This document shows, piece by piece, positions 1 to 8,557 of a stretch of DNA of 64,000 nt. The stretch spans positions 4,939 to 68,938 of the forward strand of contig JADZFF010000181.1 of NCBI GenBank assembly GCA_020850015.1. The letters are read 5' to 3'. How positions within the stretch are numbered: the stretch's first letter is position 1; every line of letters begins with the position of its first letter. The notes under the pieces are model-generated. The model did no database searches. It saw only the letters and a program-made list of their open reading frames with translations, and was not told where the DNA came from. The position numbers and the translations under genes are program-made. This DNA is from Bdellovibrionales bacterium. Lineage in GTDB: Bacteria > Bdellovibrionota > UBA1018 > JADZFF01.

Positions 1-39
1 CCAAGGCCGGCAGGAGGCGATGCGAGCGGACGAACATGT

Positions 40-921
40 TCATCTTCCGCCTCCCAGGTGCTTTCTCATCAGCTCCTTGACCGGGCCCGCGAGGTCGGGC
101 CGCTTCAGCGCGTACGCGAGCGTGGCGTCGATGAATCCCACGCGGTCGCCGGTGTCGTACCTCACTCCATCGAAGCGGTAGGCGTACATGCCTTTGCGCT
201 TCGCGAGAATCTGCAGCCCGTCCGTCAGCTGGATCTCGCCCCCCCGACCCGCAGGGGTTTCGCGCAGGCATTGAAAGATCGCCGGATCGAGCACGTAGCG
301 TCCGGGGATCGCGAGCTGCGAGGGCGCCTCCCCAGGCGAAGGCTTCTCCACGAGGCGGTCCACCGCCATCAGGCGGTCGCCCTCCATCCTGCCTCCCACG
401 ATGCCGTACTTCGAGACCTCCGCGTGCGGTACCTCCATCACTCCTACCACCGATGCGCCCCGCTCCTGGAACACGTCGATCAGCTGTCGGGTGCATGGGA
501 CTTCGGAGTCGATGAGATCGTCGCCCAGGAGGACCGCGAAGGGCTCGTCGCCGACCGCCTGCGCGGCGCAAAGAACGGCGTGCCCCAATCCCAGGGGATG
601 TTTCTGGCGAACGGAGATCAGGTTGCAGAGATTGGCCAGAGAGCGGGAGACGTCGGCCAACTCCTTCTTGGCCCTGCGATCGAGCGTATCCTCGAGCTCG
701 TAGGCGTGGTCGAAATGGTTCTCGATGGATTCCTTGTGGCGCGCGGTCACGAGGATCACGTCCTCGATCCCGGAGCGCACGGCCTCCTCCACGATCAGCT
801 GGATCATGGGAACGTCGATGATCGGAATCATCTCCTTGGGCTGAGCTTTGGTCGCTGGAAGGAAGCGCGTGCCCAATCCCGCGGCCGGAATCACTGCCTT
901 ACGTACGCGTTGCTTCGACAT
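40..921 (-). CDS. galU: UTP--glucose-1-phosphate uridylyltransferase
   Basis: 293-aa ORF with N-terminal KAVIPAAGLGTRFLPATKAQPKEM nucleotide-binding motif and overall GalU-like sequence (VGDEPFAVLLGDD, VEKP). Confidence 0.9.
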   Translation of the reverse strand: MSKQRVRKAVIPAAGLGTRFLPATKAQPKEMIPIIDVPMIQLIVEEAVRSGIEDVILVTARHKESIENHFDHAYELEDTLDRRAKKELADVSRSLANLCNLISVRQKHPLGLGHAVLCAAQAVGDEPFAVLLGDDLIDSEVPCTRQLIDVFQERGASVVGVMEVPHAEVSKYGIVGGRMEGDRLMAVDRLVEKPSPGEAPSQLAIPGRYVLDPAIFQCLRETPAGRGGEIQLTDGLQILAKRKGMYAYRFDGVRYDTGDRVGFIDATLAYALKRPDLAGPVKELMRKHLGGGR

Positions 922-988
922 CGTTTTCCCGCCGCCTCGCCTCGCTTTATCCCGCCTTTACACCCGATGCAAAGGATTGTAGCTTCGG

Positions 989-1867
989 ATGCCAATGAAT
1001 GCGCGTGTTTTCAGGGGGTTTTTGCCGTTTTTGCTCTGCGCGATCGCTGCGGGAACATCGGGCGTCAGCAATGCGTCGGACTTCCATTCTCCCAGAACGG
1101 CGGCGCTGGGCGGCGCGGGGCGAGCGGGCCCGTTCATCAACGACGCGATCTACCTGAATCCCTCTTTTATCTCGTACCTGACCGCCCGCAGCATTTCCCT
1201 CAACTTTGAAAAATACAACGACGGCGGCGGCGGGGGAAGAATCTACAATTTTTCGGTTCAGGACGGAACCGCCCCTCTCTTTCAGGCGGGGGTCGGCTTC
1301 ACTCACCGGGATGAGGGCTCGCTCGTGTCCATCGGCGCCTCGCGGTCGCTTCTGAAAAGGATCGGCGTGGGTGTCGGATACAAGCTCTGGTTCACCGACC
1401 AAGATCCCGTGAACTTCCCGAAGGGCAGCGACGCGATCATCGCGGTCACATATATCGCCGAGACTTGGCTACAGGCCGTTCTCGTCGTGGACAACTTTTT
1501 CAAGGCCAAGGCAACCTCGCAGCGCGGGGCGCACCGGGAGATCGCGATCGGCACCAAGATCAACGTGATGGAGATGCTGCTCGTCTACTTCGATCCCCAC
1601 TGGGCGCCCGATCTCCCGGAAGGCCGGGTGTTCGGGCACGAGCTCGGCGTCGAGGTACCCGCGCTCAAGGACATCTTCCTGCGCGCGGGCCACTTCAGGA
1701 ATGCCTACCAGCCCGCGTACTACGGCCGGGCCGACGGGATGGGCTTCGGGTTCGCGTGGGTGGCTCCCCGGCTCAGCCTCGAGGCGAGCATGACGAAGAT
1801 CAACGGCTCGATGGAGCGGGTTCCCGACGCCACGATCTACAACTTCGGCGCAACGATCTTCTTCTGA
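989..1867 (+). CDS. putative outer-membrane beta-barrel protein
   Basis: 292-aa ORF. Signal-like N-terminus (FLPFLLCAIAAGTSGVSNA), alternating-polarity strands and a C-terminal aromatic end (GATIFF). No family recognised. Confidence 0.55.
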   Translation: MPMNARVFRGFLPFLLCAIAAGTSGVSNASDFHSPRTAALGGAGRAGPFINDAIYLNPSFISYLTARSISLNFEKYNDGGGGGRIYNFSVQDGTAPLFQAGVGFTHRDEGSLVSIGASRSLLKRIGVGVGYKLWFTDQDPVNFPKGSDAIIAVTYIAETWLQAVLVVDNFFKAKATSQRGAHREIAIGTKINVMEMLLVYFDPHWAPDLPEGRVFGHELGVEVPALKDIFLRAGHFRNAYQPAYYGRADGMGFGFAWVAPRLSLEASMTKINGSMERVPDATIYNFGATIFF

Positions 1868-1871
1868 GGCC

Positions 1872-2669
1872 TCAATAGTTAGCGGGCCGGCGCCCATGAA
1901 GCGCCTGCAGCGGCCGCGCGTTTCCTGCGTAGGCGCGCCGCAGGCGCGCGAGCTGCTCGGCCGACAGCTCAAGCGGGGTGTTGAACACGCTCCAGGCCAC
2001 TCCCTCCGTGCAGGGGGGGGTCGTGAGAGAGCCCTCGTAGCGGTAATATGTCCTTTTCTCGGGGAGGAAAACCGACGGATCGAGTATCGCTCCCCAGTCG
2101 GCCTCTTCCCCCTTCTCCTCCGGGATTCCCGAAAGAACGCGGTTCAGTGGACCCATCGCGGAGCCCTCCCTGAACAGCACGGCCACCACCGCGATCCCGT
2201 CGATTTCGGATCGATGCACGAGATGGACCTCCAGGGGAAGGCGCGCGCCGGAGAGCGCGTGCTCACTCGCCGTGTGAAAGTGGAGCTGCTCCAGGCGGTA
2301 GATTTTCTCGTCGAGCAGAAAGGTATTCCCGGCGTCGAAGTTCACCTGCACTGCGTGTCCCGTATCGATCACTCGGAAGCGCGAGGGCTTGTAGCGAAAA
2401 ACCGGGCCCTTGCCCGAGGCCGGCGCGGTCCACCTGAGATCAACGGGCGATTGCCGCTTCCCCGAGCGGCAGGCGGCGAACTTCGGGTCGAGGTCGGCCC
2501 ATTGCTCTGGGCCGCCGGGGCCCGCGTAGCCCCAGGATCTCTGGCTTTCGCTTCCGAGCGATCTCCAAGGCGCCAATACGGCGAAGGCGGAAGCCAGGAG
2601 CAGAATCAGGAGAAGGCCTGGGCCGACTGCGGTTCCCGAGGATCCGCTGCGGTAGGATCGCGAGCTCAT
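1872..2669 (-). CDS. alpha-class carbonic anhydrase, secreted
   Basis: SWGYAGPGGPEQW, KRQSPVDL and HFHTASEH motifs of alpha-CAs. Hydrophobic signal segment LLLILLLASAFAVLA. Confidence 0.85.
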   Translation of the reverse strand: MSSRSYRSGSSGTAVGPGLLLILLLASAFAVLAPWRSLGSESQRSWGYAGPGGPEQWADLDPKFAACRSGKRQSPVDLRWTAPASGKGPVFRYKPSRFRVIDTGHAVQVNFDAGNTFLLDEKIYRLEQLHFHTASEHALSGARLPLEVHLVHRSEIDGIAVVAVLFREGSAMGPLNRVLSGIPEEKGEEADWGAILDPSVFLPEKRTYYRYEGSLTTPPCTEGVAWSVFNTPLELSAEQLARLRRAYAGNARPLQALHGRRPANY

Positions 2670-2696
2670 TCCCTTCAGTATGCGCGTGGAAACCGG

Positions 2697-3476
2697 TCAG
2701 CGCGACCGGGCAAAAAACACCTTCGGCGCACCCGAGGCGGGGCTCGGAGCCACCGTCAAGGACGCGCCGGGGTAAAGCGCCCCGAGGGACTGGCTGGTCA
2801 GGACCTCCCTCACGGGGCCGAAGCCCGCCACTCTCCCGCCGTTGAGCAGGAGCGCCGTGTCCGCCCACTCCGCGGCCAGGTTGAGATCGTGCGCCACGAG
2901 GCCTACCGCGTAGCCGTCGTCCCGGCAAAGGCGCCGAAGGAGTTCGCCGGAGCGCGTCTGGTGGTGAAGATCCATTTTGGAGAGGCTTTCGTCGAGCAGG
3001 AGCACCCTGCCTCCTTGCACCAACGCGCGGGCCAGCATGACGAGCTGCTGCTCGCCGCCGCTCAGGCTCGCGACATCCCTTTCCCTGAGCCCCCAGCAGC
3101 CGCAGGCATCCATCGCCCACTGCACCTTGGCCGGCTCCGAGGGGCCCCGCGAAACGGACCCAAGACCCACCGCCTCGCGCGCCCTCAGTGGGAACTCCGG
3201 CCTGATCCCGCCGCCGACATAGGTGACGCAGGATGCGCGCGCGGCGGAGGACATCGAACGAAGCTCCTTCCCCTGCAGCTTCACCACGCCGCCCTGAATC
3301 GGGAGTATGCCGGCGGTGACCTTGAGCAGAGTGGATTTCCCCGAGCCGTTGGGGCCGATCAGGGCCGTGAGCTCGCCCCTGCGAAGCTCCACGCTCACCT
3401 CTGAAAGAGCCGTCGCCGGTCCGAAACGATGGATCAGCCCGTAGGCTCCGAGCAGCACCCGGTCATCCGGCTTCAT
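2697..3476 (-). CDS. ABC transporter ATP-binding protein (FecE/BtuD/HmuV type)
   Basis: Walker A GPNGSGKST, signature LSGGEQQ, Walker B VLLLDE. Start set at MKPDD, which forms an ATGA overlap with the permease stop (3473-3476). The 426-aa track ORF extension overlaps the permease gene and is rejected. Confidence 0.85.
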   Translation of the reverse strand: MKPDDRVLLGAYGLIHRFGPATALSEVSVELRRGELTALIGPNGSGKSTLLKVTAGILPIQGGVVKLQGKELRSMSSAARASCVTYVGGGIRPEFPLRAREAVGLGSVSRGPSEPAKVQWAMDACGCWGLRERDVASLSGGEQQLVMLARALVQGGRVLLLDESLSKMDLHHQTRSGELLRRLCRDDGYAVGLVAHDLNLAAEWADTALLLNGGRVAGFGPVREVLTSQSLGALYPGASLTVAPSPASGAPKVFFARSR

Positions 3477-4423
3477 CTCGTGCCTCGCGCGCGGGTGAGC
3501 ACCCAAAGGAAGAGGGGCGCGCCGAAGAGCGCCGTCACCACCCCCACGGGAAGCTCGTAAGGGCTCGCGGCCAGGCGGGCGCCAAGATCCGCCGCCATCA
3601 GCACCGCCGCGCCCCAAAGCGCGCTCAGCGGGATGAGCGAGGAATGGAGCGAGCCGGCGAACCGGCGGATGAAGTGCGGCACCACGAGCCCAACAAACCC
3701 GATCATCCCGGCCGAGCTCACGCAGAACCCAACGAGCAGCGAAGCGGAGATAAGCACGCGCTTGCGCAGGGCGGGAACGTCGATCCCGAGCGCCCGCGCG
3801 TCCTCCTCGCCCAGCAGAAGCGCATCGAGTCCCCGCCAGCGGCTCCAAAGAGTGGAGATGAGCAGCCCCACCGCCGCCCAGGTGAGGACCGCCCCCTGCA
3901 GCCGCGCCCTCGACAGGTCCCCGAGGAGCCAGAACAAAGCCCCCTGGATTCCAGCGGCGTCCGCGAGGGCCATCCAAAGCGCCACCAGGCTCGACCCCAG
4001 GAATCCGAGCATCACACCCGCGAGCAGGAGAGACGAGGTGGGAAAACCCCCACGCGACCCCAATAGCTGCAGAACAGCGGCGAAGACGAGCGCGCCCGCG
4101 AAGGCGGTGAGGCCCACCCCGCCGTAGTCGGCCGCGAGGCCGAGGGCCCCCCCCAGGACGGCGCCCAGTGCCGAACCGGATGAGATCCCGAGCGTGTAGG
4201 GTTCGCAGAGCGGGTTCGCGAACAGCGCCTGCAGTGCCGCTCCCGCCACCGCGAGCCCGGCCCCGACGGCGGCCGCGAGCAGGGCGCGCGGCAATCTGAG
4301 CTGCACGATGAGCTCTGGATCCAGATGATCGGCCACGCCCAGCTTGAGGCTCAGGGTGAAAGCCAGCAGGCCGAATGCCGCCCCGATCACGGCCAACCGG
4401 GCCGGCGCGCCCGCGCGCATCAC
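3473..4423 (-). CDS. FecCD/BtuC-family ABC importer permease
   Basis: 316-aa polytopic membrane ORF with a typical FecCD sequence (LRLPRALLAAAVGAGLAVAGAALQALFANPLCEPYTLGISSG). Confidence 0.85.
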   Translation of the reverse strand: MMRAGAPARLAVIGAAFGLLAFTLSLKLGVADHLDPELIVQLRLPRALLAAAVGAGLAVAGAALQALFANPLCEPYTLGISSGSALGAVLGGALGLAADYGGVGLTAFAGALVFAAVLQLLGSRGGFPTSSLLLAGVMLGFLGSSLVALWMALADAAGIQGALFWLLGDLSRARLQGAVLTWAAVGLLISTLWSRWRGLDALLLGEEDARALGIDVPALRKRVLISASLLVGFCVSSAGMIGFVGLVVPHFIRRFAGSLHSSLIPLSALWGAAVLMAADLGARLAASPYELPVGVVTALFGAPLFLWVLTRARGTR

Positions 4424-5331
4424 GGCAATGCTCCCGGGAACAGCTCGCGCTCCAGGCGGGAAAGGCCCGAAAGCAGCCTCATGCTGGGACGCCCCAGCTC
4501 GCTCGCGTCCAGAACGCGCACCTGGCCCGCCTTCACGGCCTTCATTCCTGTGAAGGGCTTCCAGTCGTCGGCCATCCTACGGAAGGCCCCCGACTCGCGG
4601 CCATCCATCGCGAGAATCAGGATCCAGTCCGGATCGCGCCTCACCACCTCTTCCAGAGCGGGGCGGGGGTAGCGTGTGCGAAGATCGCTCAGCGCGTTTT
4701 CCGCTCCCAGCGCAGACAGCGCCTCCTGCAGGAAGGTGCCGCCGCCCACCGACACGAGCGGCTCCCGATCGAGCTGAAAAAGCACGCGCGGAGCGAGACC
4801 CGCTCGAGCCGCGGCGCGGCCCCGGAATGCCTGGAGGCCCGCCTTGAACCTACCCGCGAGGGCTTCGCCATCCTTGGGGCGCCCCAGGGAGAGACCGGCC
4901 AGCCTGAACGAATGCTCCACGCCCGCCAAAGTGGAGGTATCCACCACCACGACGTTCAATCCCAGCTCCTGGAGCCTGAGTACACGATCGCTGGGGTTCC
5001 CGTCAGCGGTGGCCAAGACCAAGTCGGGCTTGAGAGCCACCACGCTCTCCAGATTGAAGCGATGAAAAGGTCCCACCTTCGTTGCACGCTCCAACGCGCG
5101 GGGGTAGTCGGTGTACTCCGAGACCCCCACGATGGCGTCCAGCTCGGCGCCAAGCACATCCGCAGCGAGCTCCGCAAGAGAGGGCGCAAGGGTGACCACC
5201 CGCTTTGGCGAGGCGGCCGGGACCTTGATCTCCCTTCCCAGGGCATCCACGAGGGCGCCCTCGGACGGCGCCGCGAAGGCCGCCAGGGCCGTAGACGCAA
5301 GAAGGGCGATGATCTCAGCGCGAAGAGACAA
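4420..5331 (-). CDS. periplasmic substrate-binding protein (BtuF/HmuT/FecB class)
   Basis: PKRVVTLAPSLAELAADVLG...IVGVSEYTDYP is typical of class III binding proteins. The start is uncertain. TTG at 5331 gives the signal peptide LSLRAEIIALLASTALAAFA. The ATG at 5421 would overlap the upstream gene by about 100 nt. Confidence 0.7.
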   Translation of the reverse strand: MSLRAEIIALLASTALAAFAAPSEGALVDALGREIKVPAASPKRVVTLAPSLAELAADVLGAELDAIVGVSEYTDYPRALERATKVGPFHRFNLESVVALKPDLVLATADGNPSDRVLRLQELGLNVVVVDTSTLAGVEHSFRLAGLSLGRPKDGEALAGRFKAGLQAFRGRAAARAGLAPRVLFQLDREPLVSVGGGTFLQEALSALGAENALSDLRTRYPRPALEEVVRRDPDWILILAMDGRESGAFRRMADDWKPFTGMKAVKAGQVRVLDASELGRPSMRLLSGLSRLERELFPGALP

Positions 5332-5881
5332 CCCCGTCCTCCAGGAGCCCGTCGAGCTCGCGTTCCATCCTGAGCAAGAGAGCGAGCAGCAGGATCGCTC
5401 CCACCCATACCCAGGTTCCACCCTCCTGCAACACGAGCTGCGTGGCGGCCGCGGTGAAGATCCCCGCGAGGGTGGCGACAGTGCGGCGACGGGTACCCGA
5501 AGCGATGGAAAGCCGGGCTACCGCAGCGCCGGAAGCGGCTCCCAAGGCCGCCCAGGGGGCGACGACGGCCAACCCGCCCCAAGCCACGAGCACCCCCGTT
5601 CCGAATCCCCTCCTGAACCAGGGCAGGCAGATGTCCCCCAGCACGGTCGCGAGCAGGACCCACCATCCCATGTCCGGGATGCTCGGTGCGGCATCCAGGC
5701 CCAGCGCCCCGATCCACGCTTCTGCGACCATCGGCAAGGCCACCGCCGCGGGCACGACCCCTTTGAGCAGGCCCAACGCGGATAACAGGCCGCGGCCGGC
5801 GCGGATCCGCTCGATGGGGAAAGCGCCCCAGAGGAACGCGAGCGCGGGAAGAACGAAGGAGATCCAAGCTGTTGCCTTCAT
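5315..5881 (-). CDS. PlsY-fold membrane protein, highly divergent (canonical PlsY motifs missing)
   Basis: The 188-aa part of track ORF 5315..6460, starting at MKATAW (ATGA overlap with the lgt stop, 5878-5881). LGLLKGVVPAAVAL and LGDICLPWFRRGFGTGVLVAWGG align to the PlsY LLDxLKG and GHxFPxFxxFKGGKGVA regions. The GSGNxGATN segment is absent and the His is replaced by Asp. Confidence 0.55.
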   Translation of the reverse strand: MKATAWISFVLPALAFLWGAFPIERIRAGRGLLSALGLLKGVVPAAVALPMVAEAWIGALGLDAAPSIPDMGWWVLLATVLGDICLPWFRRGFGTGVLVAWGGLAVVAPWAALGAASGAAVARLSIASGTRRRTVATLAGIFTAAATQLVLQEGGTWVWVGAILLLALLLRMERELDGLLEDGVVSSR

Positions 5882-6690
5882 GCACTTGCGCCTTCCTGCC
5901 TCAAGACCCGCACTTTCCGCCAGGTGACGGCCGCCGCCGCAATGAAAACCAGCATCGAGATGAACTGGCTCGTCGAGAGCCACTCGCCGATCACGAACCC
6001 GCGGACCTTGTCGCCCCGGAAGACCTCGATGATGCTGCGGATGATCGGATAGGTCATCCAGTACGTCAGCGTGAGCTGCCCGTCGAAGGAGCGGCGGCCA
6101 TGAAGGCGGTAGAGCGCGCCGCTGAGGGCGAACATCGCGATCGACTCGTAAATCTGCGTGGGATGGAGGGGGATGCCCACCGGGTGCGAGCCCAGCGGGT
6201 TCACGGGGTAGACGATCCCCCACGGAAGATCCGTGGGCTTTCCGTAGCAGCAACCCGCCCCGATGCAACCCAAGCGGCCGAAGGCATGCGCCAGGGGCAG
6301 GGCGATCGCGCCGAGATCCAGCAGCCGCCAGAGATTGATCTTGTAGCGCTTCGTGTACCAGTAGGTGAAAGGCATCACGAGAAGAGGGCCGCCGATGAAC
6401 ACCAGGCCGCCCTCCCAGACTCGAAACACCGCGAGCGGATTCTCCAGGTAGTAGTGCCACTGAGTGATGATGAAGAGGGAGCGGCAGCCGATGTATCCCA
6501 CCACCAGCACCCAGAAGCCGTAATCCACCACCTGGATCCTGGGAATTCCCGTTCGGACCGCCAGCCGGGACGATACCCAGACGCTAAGCAGGTATCCAAT
6601 GGCGATCATGACTCCATAGGTATGGATGGGGATCGGGCCGAGGTTAAAGAGAACCGGATGCATTGGCCTTCGTCCCGCCCTCGAGCTCAT
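5878..6690 (-). CDS. lgt: prolipoprotein diacylglyceryl transferase
   Basis: HPVLFNLGPIPIHTYGVMIAIGYLL, GRLGCIGAGCCYGKPTDLPWG and HPTQIYES are typical Lgt motifs. An alternative start at 6663 (MHPVLF) is possible. Confidence 0.9.
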   Translation of the reverse strand: MSSRAGRRPMHPVLFNLGPIPIHTYGVMIAIGYLLSVWVSSRLAVRTGIPRIQVVDYGFWVLVVGYIGCRSLFIITQWHYYLENPLAVFRVWEGGLVFIGGPLLVMPFTYWYTKRYKINLWRLLDLGAIALPLAHAFGRLGCIGAGCCYGKPTDLPWGIVYPVNPLGSHPVGIPLHPTQIYESIAMFALSGALYRLHGRRSFDGQLTLTYWMTYPIIRSIIEVFRGDKVRGFVIGEWLSTSQFISMLVFIAAAAVTWRKVRVLRQEGASA

Positions 6691-7174
6691 GCGTCGTGAA
6701 GAGGTCCAGCATCAGAAGCCCGACGCCCACGCAGATCACGATGTCAGCCACGTTGAAGGCGGGGAAGTGCCAGCGGTATCTCCAGTGGAAATCCAGAAAA
6801 TCGATGACATATCCGAGCCGCGCGCGGTCGATCAGGTTTCCGATGGCGCCCGAGATCACGAGGGCAAGCGCCGTGGATACCTTGATGCTCGTGTCCGGAA
6901 GCCTGCGGAAGATGTAGCCGATCACCACCAGCGCGATCGCCGGCACGAGCAGGAAGAACGGGATGCGGAGGCTCGGGTGCGCTTCCGCCAAGATCCCGAA
7001 CGCGGCCCCCGTGTTCCTGACGTAGGTCAGGTTGAAGAACCCGTTGATGACCGGAAGGCTCTCGCCCAGCCGAAAACGAGCCACCGTCTCGAGCTTCGTC
7101 CACTGGTCGAGAACCAGAAAAAACGGCATCAGGGTGATCAAGGGCAGGAATTTCCGCTTGAGCCCCTTCACCAC
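6644..7174 (-). CDS. lspA: lipoprotein signal peptidase (signal peptidase II)
   Basis: LVLDQWTK, NTGAAFG, GAIGNLIDR and FNVADIVICVGVGLLML are classic LspA motifs. Confidence 0.9.
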   Translation of the reverse strand: MVKGLKRKFLPLITLMPFFLVLDQWTKLETVARFRLGESLPVINGFFNLTYVRNTGAAFGILAEAHPSLRIPFFLLVPAIALVVIGYIFRRLPDTSIKVSTALALVISGAIGNLIDRARLGYVIDFLDFHWRYRWHFPAFNVADIVICVGVGLLMLDLFTTHELEGGTKANASGSL

Positions 7175-7740
7175 GTCGACCCCCAGAGAACGATCCCTTT
7201 CTCGAGTTTCGCGGAAAGGGCGGGATCGTCGTCCTCCAGCCGCAGGTAGGCGTCAGGTGTCCAGGTCACGAGCTCGATCCGCTTGCCCAGCGGGTGGCGT
7301 TCGGCGATGTCGCGGGCCTGAGCCTCGTTCTCCGTCACCACGAAGAGATCGTAGTCGCTGTCCGAGCGGCTCATGCCTGTCGATCTGCTTCCGAAGAGCA
7401 CCCCTTTCACAGTGACGGGGGCGAGAAGCTCGGTGAGGCCCTCCAGATCGCAGACAGCGGAGATGCCCTTGAGGATGCTCACGATCTCGATGTCGTTGTT
7501 CAGCGAGATTTCTCGGTTGTTGTTGCTGAAGTGGATGAAGTTCAGCTCGCTCAGGGTTTGGAGAATTTTCTGGATGCCATCAGCGCCCCCGAGCCCGCGC
7601 ACGCCCTTCAGGCGCGAGGAGAGCACGCGCGAGGTGAAGGAGGTTGTGGGCTCGGACAGCAGGAGCCGCACGAGCTTCTGTTCGGGCGTGACGAAAAGCA
7701 GTCCGTCGAGGGTGGGTTTCGTTTTTCTCACGCGGGCCAT
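7168..7740 (-). CDS. winged-helix plus Pol-beta-type nucleotidyltransferase domain protein (MNT-like)
   Basis: 190-aa ORF. The C-terminal half has GVLFGSRSTGMSRSDSDYDLFVV (the GS...DxD nucleotidyltransferase signature). The N-terminal half looks like a wHTH. It overlaps both neighbours. Confidence 0.6.
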   Translation of the reverse strand: MARVRKTKPTLDGLLFVTPEQKLVRLLLSEPTTSFTSRVLSSRLKGVRGLGGADGIQKILQTLSELNFIHFSNNNREISLNNDIEIVSILKGISAVCDLEGLTELLAPVTVKGVLFGSRSTGMSRSDSDYDLFVVTENEAQARDIAERHPLGKRIELVTWTPDAYLRLEDDDPALSAKLEKGIVLWGSTW

Positions 7741-8198
7741 CGTTCCCCCAGTTCGTCCGCCACGCGGCGCACATGCGCCTCTTCCGCCGCGGAGAAGGCC
7801 GCGGGCTCGTGGCTGTCGATGTCGATCTGTCCCAGTATCTTACCTCCGCGGCCGCGGATCAGCACCACGAGCTCCGACCGGGTGTCGGCGCTGCAGGCGA
7901 GGTAGTTCCGCTGGGCCGCGACGTCGGGCACGTTGAGATCCCGGTTCTCGGCTACGGCGGTGCCGCAGACCCCCTTGCCCACGGGAATCCGGCGATGCTC
8001 CGTCTCGGCGCCCAGGAAGGGACCGAGCACGAGGGTCTTTCCCTTGAGCTCATAGATGCCCACCCAGTTGTACTTGGGCGACAAGGAGGCCACGTAGCGA
8101 ACCGCGGAACCCAGAGGGGAAAGCGGGTCGAACCAGGTAGGGGCGTCGGCCGAAACCTGCGGGAAGGACTTTCGGGAGGCGGACATTCCTCCATTCAT
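7728..8198 (-). CDS. GAF-domain protein, free methionine-(R)-sulfoxide reductase-like
   Basis: NWVGIYEL...GPFLG...IPVGKGVCGTA...NVPDV...YLACS...SELVVLI...GQIDIDS matches the fRMsr/YebR GAF family. Confidence 0.75.
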   Translation of the reverse strand: MNGGMSASRKSFPQVSADAPTWFDPLSPLGSAVRYVASLSPKYNWVGIYELKGKTLVLGPFLGAETEHRRIPVGKGVCGTAVAENRDLNVPDVAAQRNYLACSADTRSELVVLIRGRGGKILGQIDIDSHEPAAFSAAEEAHVRRVADELGERWPA

Positions 8199-8260
8199 AC
8201 CGCAAGAGCCCTACGAATTCATTTGCGGATTCAATGCACTAGAGACTTAGGCGCTTTGCG

Positions 8261-8524
8261 TTATCTCCGGAAGGAGTCGGGCTTTGGTCCGGGCGGAGGG
8301 CCGCCCAGCTTGTGGCGGTGAATGATCAGGCCATGGCTTGGATCGTAAGGGGAGACGCCTACCGTGACCCGATCGCCCTGGATCACGCGAATGTGAAACT
8401 TCCTCATGCGGCCCGAGAGCTTCGCGGAGATATTCTGGCCCGTATCGAGCTTGACGGTGAACATCCCGCCCGCCAGCACGTCGGTCACCACGCCATCCAT
8501 CTGCGCCAGATCATCTTTCGCCAT
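8261..8524 (-). CDS. infA: translation initiation factor IF-1 (with about 13-aa C-terminal extension)
   Basis: MAKDD..MDGVVTDVLAGGMFTVKLDTGQNISAKLSGRMRKFHIRVIQGDRVTVGVSPYD is near-canonical IF-1. The Pro-rich tail LGGPPPGPKPDSFRR is extra. Confidence 0.9.
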   Translation of the reverse strand: MAKDDLAQMDGVVTDVLAGGMFTVKLDTGQNISAKLSGRMRKFHIRVIQGDRVTVGVSPYDPSHGLIIHRHKLGGPPPGPKPDSFRR

Positions 8525-8557
8525 GAACCCCCGGATAGCACAGGAAGTCTTGCAACG

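Noticed and set aside
3477-3977. N-terminal 167-aa extension of the ABC ATPase ORF (track ORF 2697..3977).
   Set aside because: The extension lies entirely inside the well-supported FecCD permease gene in another frame and is Arg/Gly/Ala-rich. The conserved ATPase begins at MKPDD with an ATGA junction.
5332-5421. Cobalamin or other riboswitch / leader upstream of the BtuF-type importer genes.
   Set aside because: There is no intergenic space. The binding-protein gene overlaps the upstream PlsY-fold gene, and the whole array appears co-transcribed.
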